Below, piece by piece: positions 30,257 to 39,318 of a DNA stretch of 54,960 bases (position 1 is the first letter of the stretch; each line of letters opens with the position of its first letter). The DNA comes from Pseudomonadota bacterium. Lineage in GTDB: Bacteria; Desulfobacterota; S145-22. The notes below the pieces were generated by a model. That model had not been told where the DNA came from, did not search any database, and worked only from the letters and a program-made list of their open reading frames with translations. The stretch is taken from the NCBI GenBank assembly GCA_015493505.1, contig WGDA01000065.1, positions 1-54,960 of the forward strand, read 5' to 3'. The translations under genes and the position numbers were made by a program.

Positions 30257-31111
30257 ATGAATCAGATTAGCATGGTGAGTTCGAAACTTTTTGGAATTGC
30301 CATGATGACCTATATCGTGGCAACCCTTTTGTACCTGGCGTTTGTGACCTTCAAAAACAAAAAGGTGGGAACCCTCGCGACCACCGTCCTGGTACTTGGT
30401 TTTCTCATACATACGGCGGGGATAGCTTTCAGGTGGCATGAGACCCATCTGACTGGTTACGGCTACGTGCCGCTGTCGAACATGTATGAATCCCTCATCT
30501 TTTTTTCCTGGACCATGATACTCATCTACCTGATTCTCGAGTGGCGGTATAAGAAGAAGGTCATTGGCGTGTTTTTTGTTCCCCTGGCCTTCCTTGCCAT
30601 CGCGGCCACGTCTCTGATCCCTGGCGTGAGCGACAAGATTCACCCCCTCATTCCCGCCCTTCAGAGCAACTGGCTGACTATTCATGTTACCACCTGTTTC
30701 TTCGGGTACGCCTCCTTCGCGGCGGCCTTCGTGGTCAGTATCCTCTACCTGATTCAGGCCAAGCGGAAGAAGGAGGGAAAGCCTATCACGTGGCTACCCG
30801 AGGCGCGTGTCCTGGATGACGCCAACTACAAGTCGATTATTATCGGTTTTCCCTTTCTGACCATCGGAATCATTACGGGCGCCATGTGGGCCAATTACGC
30901 GTGGGGAAGTTACTGGAGTTGGGACCCGAAAGAGACCTGGTCCCTGATTACCTGGTTTATCTATGCCGCGTTCCTCCACGCACGCTATACGCGCGGGTGG
31001 CGCGGAAAGAAGGCCGCTTACCTGTCGGTTTTGGGGTTCGCGGCGGTTTTATTTACCTATTTTGGGGTGAATTACCTGATCGCGGGATTACACAGTTACG
31101 CGTCATCATAA
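30257..31111 (+). CDS. ccsB: Cytochrome c biogenesis system II heme synthase (CcsB/ResC/CcsA family)
   Basis: PLSNMYES, LQSNWLTIH, WWD domain WGSYWSWDPKETW, YFGVNY, GLHSY. Confidence 0.93.
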   Translation: MNQISMVSSKLFGIAMMTYIVATLLYLAFVTFKNKKVGTLATTVLVLGFLIHTAGIAFRWHETHLTGYGYVPLSNMYESLIFFSWTMILIYLILEWRYKKKVIGVFFVPLAFLAIAATSLIPGVSDKIHPLIPALQSNWLTIHVTTCFFGYASFAAAFVVSILYLIQAKRKKEGKPITWLPEARVLDDANYKSIIIGFPFLTIGIITGAMWANYAWGSYWSWDPKETWSLITWFIYAAFLHARYTRGWRGKKAAYLSVLGFAAVLFTYFGVNYLIAGLHSYASS

Positions 31112-31130
31112 GGGCAGGTGATTTAGAAAG

Positions 31131-31170
31131 AAACTGTGGGCGGTCTTGGCCTGGGGCCGCCCACAGCTTT
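31131..31170. terminator. Likely bidirectional terminator between convergent genes
   Basis: AAA-CTGTGGGCGG...CCGCCCACAG-CTTT inverted repeat. Confidence 0.7.
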
Positions 31171-31190
31171 AGGAATGATTCCTGGGAATT

Positions 31191-31616
31191 TTACAGCCTG
31201 TACAGCTCGTCTCCGACCATCTTGACCCAGCTTTGTTTCAAAACCTCTTTGGCCGCTTCGAGGTTATCCACACCCACGATCAGGATGGTTTTGTCTCCGG
31301 TTCCCAGGACGGGGTAGAGATAGGAGACGTTGATGTTTCGCTCCTTCAGCGGTTTCAGGATGGCGTTGAGCCCACCGGGGTGGTTGGGAGCCTCCGCCGC
31401 CAGGACTTCGGTGACGTGAATATTGAAGTGGTTGCTTTTTAGAACCTCAGTCGCCTTTTCAGGGTTGTTGGCAACGATACGGATAGAGCTGATATCCGCC
31501 GCGTCCACCACGCTGATCGCGATAATGTTGATGCCGTTTTTTCCAAGAATTTCACTCACTTCAGATAATTTGCCAGGAACGTTTTCCAGGCTGATTGAGA
31601 TCTGCTGAATAGCCAT
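31191..31616 (-). CDS. Tandem ACT-domain protein
   Basis: QISISLENVPGKL, INIIAISV, PNHPGGL, NVSYLY; family commonly beside 2-oxoacid oxidoreductases. Confidence 0.88.
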   Translation of the reverse strand: MAIQQISISLENVPGKLSEVSEILGKNGINIIAISVVDAADISSIRIVANNPEKATEVLKSNHFNIHVTEVLAAEAPNHPGGLNAILKPLKERNINVSYLYPVLGTGDKTILIVGVDNLEAAKEVLKQSWVKMVGDELYRL

Positions 31617-32170
31617 CAGGCGTTCTCCTCTCTGTTTTTCATATAATCATAACCCACATTCAGGGCTTTGAGATTCATTTCTTTCGCCTTCTTTTTTTCC
31701 TTGAACACGTCTGAGATGGCGCTTTGAATGCTTTCGAGTCTCACGAGGCTGGTTTGCTGGATAAACCCGCCCAGCATGACCATGTTGGCGCTCTGGTCGC
31801 TGCCCAGCGTGTGGGCCAGATCGTTGCACGGAATTTCGCGCACAATGATGTCACCACGGACCGGACGCTGTTCCACCAGGTTGCTGTTTAGAAACATCAC
31901 CCCTCCCGTCAGAATCTGATGCTGAAACTTTTCAAGGGACGGGTTATTCATGACCACCACGTTGTCAGGTGTGGAGGCGATGGGCGAGGCAATTTCCTCG
32001 TTGGAAACGGCGACGGTGCAGTTGGCGGTTCCACCCCGCACCTCCGCCCCATAAGACGGGAGGTAGGTGACCTGCAGGCCCTCGATCATCGCCGCGTACG
32101 CCAGGACATATCCCATGGAAAGGACGCCCTGGCCTCCAAAACCGGCAAAAACAGTTTTAATGAGCATCAT
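31616..32170 (-). CDS. 2-oxoacid:ferredoxin oxidoreductase gamma subunit
   Basis: AGFGGQG, PSYGAEVRGG, ANMVMLG; GGAG RBS before ATG 32170. Confidence 0.93.
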   Translation of the reverse strand: MMLIKTVFAGFGGQGVLSMGYVLAYAAMIEGLQVTYLPSYGAEVRGGTANCTVAVSNEEIASPIASTPDNVVVMNNPSLEKFQHQILTGGVMFLNSNLVEQRPVRGDIIVREIPCNDLAHTLGSDQSANMVMLGGFIQQTSLVRLESIQSAISDVFKEKKKAKEMNLKALNVGYDYMKNREENA

Positions 32171-32921
32171 GATTCTCCTGAGGTGCCGTGATATCCTTGA
32201 TGACGCCCAGCGGGAAGAAATTGACCATTTCCGTATCGACCCATTTGCAGGCATCCGCCGGACTCATTTTCAGGTTTGTGGGGCAGGGAGACAAGACTTC
32301 CACCAGGGTGAATCCCAAGCCCTGAAGCTGGATTTCGAAGGCCTTGCGAACCGCCTTTTTGGTGGCGCGAATACCGGCCGGTGTGGTGACGGATGTCCGT
32401 TCGATATAAGCACTGCCGCGCGTGACAGCCAGCATCTCGCTAAGGTTCAGGGGAAAGCCATCCCGATTTCCCGTCCTTCCGCCTGGTGAGGTGGTGGTGG
32501 GTTGCCCCAGGATGGTGGTCGGGGCCATCTGCCCGCCCGTCATGCCGTACACGGCGTTGTTGACAAAAATACAGGTAATCTTTTCCCCCCGGTTTGCCGC
32601 GTGAACCGTTTCCGCCGTGCCGATGGCAGCGATGTCTCCGTCTCCCTGGTAGGTGAAGACCAGATGATCCGGGAGCACGCGTTTGACACCCGTGGCCAGG
32701 GCAGCGCCACGTCCGTGGGCGGCCTCTCCCATATCCACGTCGAAATAGTTGTAGGCGAGAACCGCGCATCCCGCGGGGGGAATCCCGATGGCAATCTCAT
32801 CAGCCTCCATCTCCTCGATGACCTCGGCCACAACCCGGTGGAGCAGGCTGTGTCCGCAACCCGGACAATAGTGAAAGGGATTGGGTTTGAGGAGTTTGGG
32901 CCGGCTAAAAACCTTTTTCAT
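32157..32921 (-). CDS. 2-oxoacid:ferredoxin oxidoreductase beta (TPP-binding) subunit, Vor type
   Basis: YCPGCGH, AHGRG, GDGD...NN TPP motif, YGMTGGQ, SPCPT. Confidence 0.93.
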   Translation of the reverse strand: MKKVFSRPKLLKPNPFHYCPGCGHSLLHRVVAEVIEEMEADEIAIGIPPAGCAVLAYNYFDVDMGEAAHGRGAALATGVKRVLPDHLVFTYQGDGDIAAIGTAETVHAANRGEKITCIFVNNAVYGMTGGQMAPTTILGQPTTTSPGGRTGNRDGFPLNLSEMLAVTRGSAYIERTSVTTPAGIRATKKAVRKAFEIQLQGLGFTLVEVLSPCPTNLKMSPADACKWVDTEMVNFFPLGVIKDITAPQENHDAH

Positions 32922-34001
32922 TTAAACAATCTCCTTCTGGAAAAACTGTCGCGAGATGATTCTCGCGATTTCGGCCGGATTGGGGACTACCCCTCCGGGT
33001 CTCCCGTAGAAAAAGACATCCGCGTCCCCTTTCAGGGCGAGCTGCACGTCTTCAACCATCTGTCCGGCGTTCAATTCAAACACAAAGAAGTGTTTGGCAT
33101 GCTTAGAGAGCTCCCGAAGCGCCTTTTTGGGATAAGGCCACAGGGTGATTGGCCGCAGCAGCCCGACAGGCAATCCCTCCGCCCTGGCGCGTTTCACCGC
33201 AGCCTTGGCGATGCGGGCGGCGGTTCCAAAAGCCACGATAACCAGTTTGGCGTCTTCTGTTTTGAACGTTTCGTATTGGACTTCCTGGTCGGTGATTTGT
33301 TCATATTTGCGAATCAGCTTCCAGTTGTGTTCCTCCATCTGTCCCGGGTCCAGAATCAGGGATCGGATAAAATGGCTCTTCCGGCCTTTGGCGCCGGTAA
33401 TTGTCCAGGGCTTCTTGGGGAGTTTCTGAACATCTCTCAAAACGGGGAACCGGACCGGCTCCATCATTTGTCCCATCATTCCGTCCGCCAGAATGAGAAC
33501 GGGGTTGCGGTAATGGTCCGCGAGATCGAAGGCGCGGTAAGTGAGGTCACAAAGCTCCTGGCCGGACGCAGGCGCCAGGACGATCGTCCGGTAATCTCCA
33601 TGTCCCCCCCCACGGGTCGCCTGAAAATAATCCGACTGGGAAGGGGCAATATTTCCGAGACCGGGGCCGCCCCGCATCATGTTGACGATAACGGCGGGAA
33701 GTTCCAGCCCTCCCAGATAGGAAATGCCTTCCTGCTTCAGGCTGATTCCCGGAGAGGAAGAGGAAGTCATGACCCGCGCGCCAGCCATGCTCGCGCCGAT
33801 CACCATATTGATCGAGGCGATCTCACTCTCGGCCTGGACAAACGTTCCGCCTACCTCCGGAAGCCGCCGGGACATGTATTCGGGGAGCTCATTCTGAGGG
33901 GTAATGGGGTATCCAAAGTAATACCGGCATCCCGCGCGCACGGCAGCCTCTGCCACGATATGGCTTCCCCGCATCAGGGAAGGTTTTTCATCTCTCTTCA
34001 C
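32922..34001 (-). CDS. vorB: 2-oxoacid:ferredoxin oxidoreductase alpha subunit (VorB-like, 2-oxoisovalerate)
   Basis: FGYPITPQNE, QAESEIA, TSSSSPG, RGGPGLG, ELNAGQM. Confidence 0.88.
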   Translation of the reverse strand: MKRDEKPSLMRGSHIVAEAAVRAGCRYYFGYPITPQNELPEYMSRRLPEVGGTFVQAESEIASINMVIGASMAGARVMTSSSSPGISLKQEGISYLGGLELPAVIVNMMRGGPGLGNIAPSQSDYFQATRGGGHGDYRTIVLAPASGQELCDLTYRAFDLADHYRNPVLILADGMMGQMMEPVRFPVLRDVQKLPKKPWTITGAKGRKSHFIRSLILDPGQMEEHNWKLIRKYEQITDQEVQYETFKTEDAKLVIVAFGTAARIAKAAVKRARAEGLPVGLLRPITLWPYPKKALRELSKHAKHFFVFELNAGQMVEDVQLALKGDADVFFYGRPGGVVPNPAEIARIISRQFFQKEIV

Positions 34002-34236
34002 GGCACACCTCGATGGCTACTTCCGGGCACATGATGGCGCACAATGTGCATCCCGTGCACCCGCGCCCGTTTTCCGCTTTTTTGCTTGTCTTTTTCGCGA
34101 CGGCATAGAAATATCCCATGCCATTGCGTTGCGATCCAATCTCGATCACACCATTAGGGCAGGTTTCAACGCATAACCCGCATCCCTTGCAGAGATTGGA
34201 ATCAATTTTAATAGACCCTTTCAAACTACCCTCCAT
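33988..34236 (-). CDS. 2x[4Fe-4S] ferredoxin-like delta subunit
   Basis: CKGCGLCVETCP and CTGCTLCAIMCP; TTG at 34224 after GGAGG may be the true start. Confidence 0.9.
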   Translation of the reverse strand: MEGSLKGSIKIDSNLCKGCGLCVETCPNGVIEIGSQRNGMGYFYAVAKKTSKKAENGRGCTGCTLCAIMCPEVAIEVCREER

Positions 34237-34244
34237 TAGAAATG

Positions 34245-34274
34245 ATAATAACTCTAATTTAATTTAAAAGTCAA
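34245..34274 (-). promoter_or_regulatory. Possible sigma70 promoter of the vor operon
   Basis: TTGACT-N18-TATTAT in an AT-rich gap. Confidence 0.45.
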
Positions 34275-34299
34275 GAAAATTCACCCTGACCTCCATGGG

Positions 34300-34719
34300 T
34301 TACTCACCTATAATCTTGACCAGGACCCTTTTGTTTCTCCTGCCGTCAAATTCGCCGTAGAAAATCTGTTCCCACGGGCCAAAATCGAGCCGGCCTTCCG
34401 TCACGGCGACCACCACTTCGCGGCCCATTACCTGGCGTTTGAGATGCGCATCCCCGTTGTCTTCTCCGGTCCGGTTGTGCTGGTACTTGGAAATGGGCTC
34501 GTGCGGTGCCAGCCATTCAAGCCATCGCTCGTAATCCTGATGAAGGCCCGACTCATCATCATTGATGAACACCGAAGCGGTAATGTGCATGGCGTTGACC
34601 AGGCACAGGCCTTCCGATATCCCGCTCTCCCGAAGGCACGCTTCAACGTCTGGCGTGATGTTGATAAAGGCCCTCCGGGTGGGGGTGTTGAACCACAGTT
34701 CTTTTCTGTAACTTTTCAT
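34300..34719 (-). CDS. yjbQ: YjbQ / UPF0047 family protein
   Basis: [34 protein letters not shown]. Confidence 0.92.
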   Translation of the reverse strand: MKSYRKELWFNTPTRRAFINITPDVEACLRESGISEGLCLVNAMHITASVFINDDESGLHQDYERWLEWLAPHEPISKYQHNRTGEDNGDAHLKRQVMGREVVVAVTEGRLDFGPWEQIFYGEFDGRRNKRVLVKIIGE

Positions 34720-34745
34720 GCCACGTAACTCCGGCTATACGGGAA

Positions 34746-35642
34746 TCAGCTCATCCCCTCCTTTTTGACAATCATCATGGACAGATATCGTTCCTGATCC
34801 TCTTCCAGGGTTTTTTTGTCCAGCTCCTTCATGACCCGCTGGTCCGGGAGACAGCATTTCTGGACCCAGATGGCCCGGTGCAACAGCCCCTCTTCTTCAA
34901 GGTTTTTAATCAGCATTTGGGCGTCACTGGGGATCTTCATGAAAACCAGGTTGTCTGAGTGACGAATAAGAGGGCGGAGCTGGGCTTCGTCGATTTGCGC
35001 GGAAGGGATCAGGGTCAGGCTTTCCCCGTCAATGGCCAGGGGAACATTCAGCAAGTTTGAGGCGGCTGTGACCATCGTTACGCCCGGGATGATCTCCACC
35101 CGGACACCCGGTGACAGCTTGGTCAGGTTCCGCAGGAGGTGGGAAAAGGTGCTGTAGAGGGATGGATCTCCCAGAGTGATGTACCCGCAGTCCTGGCCTG
35201 TTTTCAATACCTCGAAGACCTTTTTGGCGTTTTCTGCCCAAATGGCGTCGAATTCATCCCGGTCATAAGTCGCTTTAAACTCGAGAAACTGAACCTGGGA
35301 AGAAGCCGGAAGGTATTTTTCGGCAATGGTGTAGGCGATGCTCTCGGAGACGCCTTCCTTCTTGGAGGCGAAGACCATCTCGAGGCTTCTCAACCGGTCG
35401 ATGGCCTGAAGCGTGATCATGCGCGGGTCTCCGGGGCCGACCCCGATGGCGTAGAGGGTTCCCCCTATTTTTTCTTTCTGCTGGCGCTGCCTTAAACGGT
35501 TTTGTTTGCCCAGTTCGTGGATCAGGCACGAGGGGCGAAACCTGCAGTATTCGTGAGGGTGTACGCAAACGGTGTTTTCGTCCAGCGGGATTTTCTTGTT
35601 GTATTTCTGGCAATATCCGTATTCCAGGCCCGGTTCGCTCAA
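34746..35642 (-). CDS. cbiL: Precorrin-2 / cobalt-factor II C20-methyltransferase with Cys-rich N-terminal extension
   Basis: LYAIGVGPGDP, ITLGDPSLYSTF, IIPGVT, LVFMK, YLSMMIV; TTG start overlaps cobO TGA. Confidence 0.85.
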   Translation of the reverse strand: MSEPGLEYGYCQKYNKKIPLDENTVCVHPHEYCRFRPSCLIHELGKQNRLRQRQQKEKIGGTLYAIGVGPGDPRMITLQAIDRLRSLEMVFASKKEGVSESIAYTIAEKYLPASSQVQFLEFKATYDRDEFDAIWAENAKKVFEVLKTGQDCGYITLGDPSLYSTFSHLLRNLTKLSPGVRVEIIPGVTMVTAASNLLNVPLAIDGESLTLIPSAQIDEAQLRPLIRHSDNLVFMKIPSDAQMLIKNLEEEGLLHRAIWVQKCCLPDQRVMKELDKKTLEEDQERYLSMMIVKKEGMS

Positions 35643-36163
35643 AACTCGATCCCCCTCTGAGCTTTGATTCCTTTCTGATAAGGATGTTTGATTTCCCGCA
35701 TTTCCGTGACCAGATCTGCCCGCTTGACGATTTCCTCCGGGGCGTTTCTTCCCGTGAGAATGAGATGCAGGGCGTGAGGTTTTTCATCGATCAGCATGAG
35801 CACCTCTTTCTCGCTGATCAATCCGAACCCGATGGCGTAAATGATTTCATCCAGGATCAGTATATCCGCGTCGCGGAGGTGCGCGCGGGCGTAGGCGAGG
35901 GCTTCAGCCGCTGCCTTCTTGTCTTCTTCGGCGATTTTCCCGTCGGTCGAGACGAATCCCCGGCCCATGGGGTGCAGGGTGAAATTCTCAAATTTTTTGG
36001 CGGATTCCAATTCACCGTATTTCCAGGAGCCCTTGATGAACTGAACCATCAGGACCCTGTACCCATGCCCGAGGGCGCGAAACGCCAAACCCAGCGCGGC
36101 AGTCGTTTTCCCCTTTCCGTTTCCCGTATGGACGATGACCAGCCCCGTACGTTCAGGTGACAT
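35639..36163 (-). CDS. cobO: Cob(I)yrinic acid a,c-diamide adenosyltransferase
   Basis: TGNGKGKTTAALG, QFIKG, ILDEI, LTGRNAP, ADLVTEM, KHPY...GIEF. Confidence 0.95.
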   Translation of the reverse strand: MSPERTGLVIVHTGNGKGKTTAALGLAFRALGHGYRVLMVQFIKGSWKYGELESAKKFENFTLHPMGRGFVSTDGKIAEEDKKAAAEALAYARAHLRDADILILDEIIYAIGFGLISEKEVLMLIDEKPHALHLILTGRNAPEEIVKRADLVTEMREIKHPYQKGIKAQRGIEF

Positions 36164-36331
36164 CTGTATGCCAGCTCCTTAGAAGTATAATCTTACCCTT
36201 TACGTATCTGAGGCGATTTTGTCAAGGGTGGTGGAGTGAAAATTCTGTTTTTTTTCGGGAGATTCATTGAGCCATGAAAAGAAAAAACTTCCCTCACAAG
36301 TTCTTCCTACGGCGGAGAGTAAAAGGAGGAA

Positions 36332-37132
36332 TTACTTCATAGGGAGAGGAGTTCCCGTGGAAAGCAGAATGGCCTGCCGGGTCATTTCCTTTCGTTTGCA
36401 GTCCGGGCAGAGGTCTTGCAGCGCGGCTTTGAGCGCCGTGTCGAGCTTTTCGAGGGTGTTGTCCACGAAGGGAGAGGGAGCGAAATACCTGCCACAGCTC
36501 TGGCATGTCTTGAGGGGGACTTTGGTCCCGCTCCAGGACTTCATGATCCGGTTCGGCGCGATATCCTCGATAGCAATGGCACCGGTCGGGCACACTTCCG
36601 CGCACGCTCCACAGCCCTGGCACGTCTCGTTCTCCTCAAAAAACGGGGTATTGATTTCCGTGAACTGCCCCCTTCCGATGTAGTTGATGGCGCCCACGCC
36701 CATGACGTCCCGGCAAACCCGGACGCACAACCCGCAGAGGATGCACCGGTTTTGCAGGGGATCGTCCCGAACCGTTTTTTTCGTGAAACGGGTCCTGGTT
36801 ACCCCATAGCGCGCGGCAAGGGCACGGATGGATTCGGAGCGGGGGGCCTGGGCAAGGTAGAGTTCCAGAAGGGCCTTGCGGAGCCGTATGATTTCCGGCG
36901 ATTCAGTAAGGACGTCCAGGCCCTCAGTTACTTGAAGGGTACAGGAGGTCGTGATGCCTTCCCGACCCCCCTTGACCACCTCCACGAGGCACATGCGGCA
37001 TGCACCGTAAGGCGCGAGGGCCTCTTCGTAACAGAACGAGGGGATGTCAATCCCGTTTCGCCGGGCGACGGCGAGCAGGATTTCACCTTCTTCCGCCGCG
37101 CAGGTTTTTCCGTCGATGATGACCTGAATCAT
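36332..37132 (-). CDS. Fe-S protein resembling the NuoG/HydA N-terminal module, no catalytic domain
   Basis: [2Fe-2S] IPSFC...GACRMC...TSC; two [4Fe-4S] motifs CILCGLCVRVC and CQGCGACAEVCP; C-terminal CQSC...CPDC. Confidence 0.88.
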   Translation of the reverse strand: MIQVIIDGKTCAAEEGEILLAVARRNGIDIPSFCYEEALAPYGACRMCLVEVVKGGREGITTSCTLQVTEGLDVLTESPEIIRLRKALLELYLAQAPRSESIRALAARYGVTRTRFTKKTVRDDPLQNRCILCGLCVRVCRDVMGVGAINYIGRGQFTEINTPFFEENETCQGCGACAEVCPTGAIAIEDIAPNRIMKSWSGTKVPLKTCQSCGRYFAPSPFVDNTLEKLDTALKAALQDLCPDCKRKEMTRQAILLSTGTPLPMK

Positions 37133-37133
37133 G

Positions 37134-38825
37134 TTATGGGACCCCTTTCAGGTAGGCGTCATATTCGTTTCTGAAATACTTGAGGGTGGTCAGCACGGGA
37201 TTGGGAGCCGTCTGCCCCAGCCCGCAGAGGGAGGTTTTTTTGATGACACCGGAGAGCTCTTCCAGGGTGGCCATGTCGGATTCTGTTGCCTTTCCGACCA
37301 GGATCTTGTCAAGGAGCATGAGCATGTGTTTCAGCCCTTCCCGGCAGGGGACGCACTTTCCGCACGACTCCTCGTTGGTAAATCCGATGAAAAACCGTGC
37401 CGTGTCCACCATGGAGGTGAGCTCGTCCATCACGACAACCCCTCCCGAACCCATGATGGATCCGACGGCCGTCAGGTGTTCATAATCCATGGGGGTGTCG
37501 AACAGAGAGGCGGGGATACACCCCCCGGAGGGGCCGCCTGTCTGAACAGCCTTGATTTTACGCCCCTCGATCCCGCCGTTTCCAACATCATAGACAAGGG
37601 TTTGGATGGGTGTTCCCAGCGGCACCTCGACCAGCCCGACACGCTGGACCTCGCCCACGAGGGAAAAGACCTTGGTGCCACTGTTTTTCTCTCCGCCGAT
37701 TCGTGAGAACCAGGCGCCGCCTTTCTGGATGATGACGGGGATATTCGTCCACGTCTCCACGTTGTTGATGTTGGTGGGCATTCCCCAAAGCCCTTTCTGA
37801 GCGGGAAAGGGAGGACGAGGCCTGGGACGTCCCGTTTTCCCCTCGATAGACGCGATGAGGGCGGTTTCCTCGCCGCAGACGAACGCCCCCGCACCTTCCG
37901 CGATGGTCAGTTCAAAGCTGAAATCCGTTCCGAAGATATTTTTTCCGATCAGTCCGTAATCCCGTGCCTGCGCGATGGCCCGGGTCAGCCGCTGGATCGC
38001 AAGGGGGTATTCCGCGCGCACATAGATGACACCCTCACGCGCCCCGATGGCGTAAGCCCCGATAAGCATGCCCTCCAGGATCATGTGCGGATCGCTTTCC
38101 ATCTCATTCCGGTTCATGTAAGCGCCGGGGTCACCTTCGTCCGCATTGCAGATGATGTATTTCTGGAGACTCTTTTCCTGCTTCGTGAAGTTCCATTTCA
38201 TCCCGGTGGGGAATCCGCCGCCACCCCTGCCGCGAAGCCCGGAAGCGATGACTTCCTCGATCACCTCTTCAGGGGTCATGGCCGTGAGGGCCTTGTGGAG
38301 TGCGCTGTATCCCCCCACCGCGATGTATTCCTCGATCTCTTCCGGATTGATGAGTCCCGCGTCGCGAAGGACGATTTTCCGCTGCGGAGCGAAGTAGGGG
38401 ATCTCGTCATACACGGGGATGTCCTCGAAACCGGTGCCGAAGACGAGCTTTTCCCCCACGATGGGGTCCCACTCTTCGACACGGCAGAGGGCGAGATCCT
38501 GCGGGACCGTTTCCGCGGCCACGGCTTCGACGATTTTTTCGGCATCCGTTTCCGCGACCCGATGCAGGATGATTAGGGATTTTCCCGGAAGATGGATGGA
38601 AACCAGGGGCTCTTCCCGGCAATACCCGATGCAGCCGGTTCGAGTCAGGAGAACCTGGAGGTTTCGTTGCGACAAGGCGTTTTTCAGCGCCGCAAAGACT
38701 TTGTCACCTCCCGCCGCGATGCCACAGGTGGCCAGCCCCACCGTGATCCGGGGGACCCCCGGGAAAAGCCTCCGAACGGATTGAGACCTGACTTTTTCCA
38801 GATCGGCTTTGGTTTTAAGTTTAAT
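37134..38825 (-). CDS. NuoF/HydB-like FMN/NAD(P)H-binding diaphorase subunit with N-terminal thioredoxin-like Fe-S domain
   Basis: GLRGRGGGGFPTG, NADEGDPGAYM, FVCGEETAL, NNVET, ESCGKCVPCREG, LCGLGQTAPNP. Frame stays open 28 codons upstream of the track's GTG (38741), to ATT 38825 / ATC 38828. Confidence 0.88.
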   Translation of the reverse strand: MKLKTKADLEKVRSQSVRRLFPGVPRITVGLATCGIAAGGDKVFAALKNALSQRNLQVLLTRTGCIGYCREEPLVSIHLPGKSLIILHRVAETDAEKIVEAVAAETVPQDLALCRVEEWDPIVGEKLVFGTGFEDIPVYDEIPYFAPQRKIVLRDAGLINPEEIEEYIAVGGYSALHKALTAMTPEEVIEEVIASGLRGRGGGGFPTGMKWNFTKQEKSLQKYIICNADEGDPGAYMNRNEMESDPHMILEGMLIGAYAIGAREGVIYVRAEYPLAIQRLTRAIAQARDYGLIGKNIFGTDFSFELTIAEGAGAFVCGEETALIASIEGKTGRPRPRPPFPAQKGLWGMPTNINNVETWTNIPVIIQKGGAWFSRIGGEKNSGTKVFSLVGEVQRVGLVEVPLGTPIQTLVYDVGNGGIEGRKIKAVQTGGPSGGCIPASLFDTPMDYEHLTAVGSIMGSGGVVVMDELTSMVDTARFFIGFTNEESCGKCVPCREGLKHMLMLLDKILVGKATESDMATLEELSGVIKKTSLCGLGQTAPNPVLTTLKYFRNEYDAYLKGVP

Positions 38826-39318
38826 GATGATTTCCCTCCCAACCGAATTGTTTCAGAATCGACGGAATCCGCTCGGGGGTGACGTATCCGAAGATTTTGT
38901 TGTCGACCCGCAGAACAGGGGCCATGCTGCACGCCCCGAAACAGCGGGCCGAGGTAAGCGTATATTCTCCGTCGTCCGTCGTCAAAAGAAATTTTCCGTC
39001 CCGTGTCGTTTCGTCCATTTCCACGCCAAGGTGGTGTTTCAGTGATGCAACAAGTTCCGGCGCCCCCTTGACATGGCAGGCGGTTCCCATGCAGACCGTC
39101 ACCACGTGCCTGCCCAGAGCCTCGAGGGTGAAAAAGGAGTAAAAGGTGGCAATACTGTACAGCTCCGACAGCGGGAGCTCCAGCCTTTTGGCGAGGAGTT
39201 TCAGCACGTCTTTCGGAAGATACCCCATCTCCCGTTGAATATGCTCGAGAATGCCGAGGATTTTCCCAGTGGGGGTGGGGTATCTCCCGATGATTTCTTC
39301 CAATCGCTGAGGTTCCAT
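38821..39318 (-). CDS. NuoE/HydC-like [2Fe-2S] subunit
   Basis: IATFYSFF, CMGTACHVKG, CFGACSMAP; ATG directly abuts the cooS stop. Confidence 0.92.
   Translation of the reverse strand: MEPQRLEEIIGRYPTPTGKILGILEHIQREMGYLPKDVLKLLAKRLELPLSELYSIATFYSFFTLEALGRHVVTVCMGTACHVKGAPELVASLKHHLGVEMDETTRDGKFLLTTDDGEYTLTSARCFGACSMAPVLRVDNKIFGYVTPERIPSILKQFGWEGNHH

Noticed and set aside
36164-36331. Cobalamin riboswitch upstream of cobO-cbiL
   Set aside because: No B12-box or GGGAA/GCCACTG core seen, and the gap is short.
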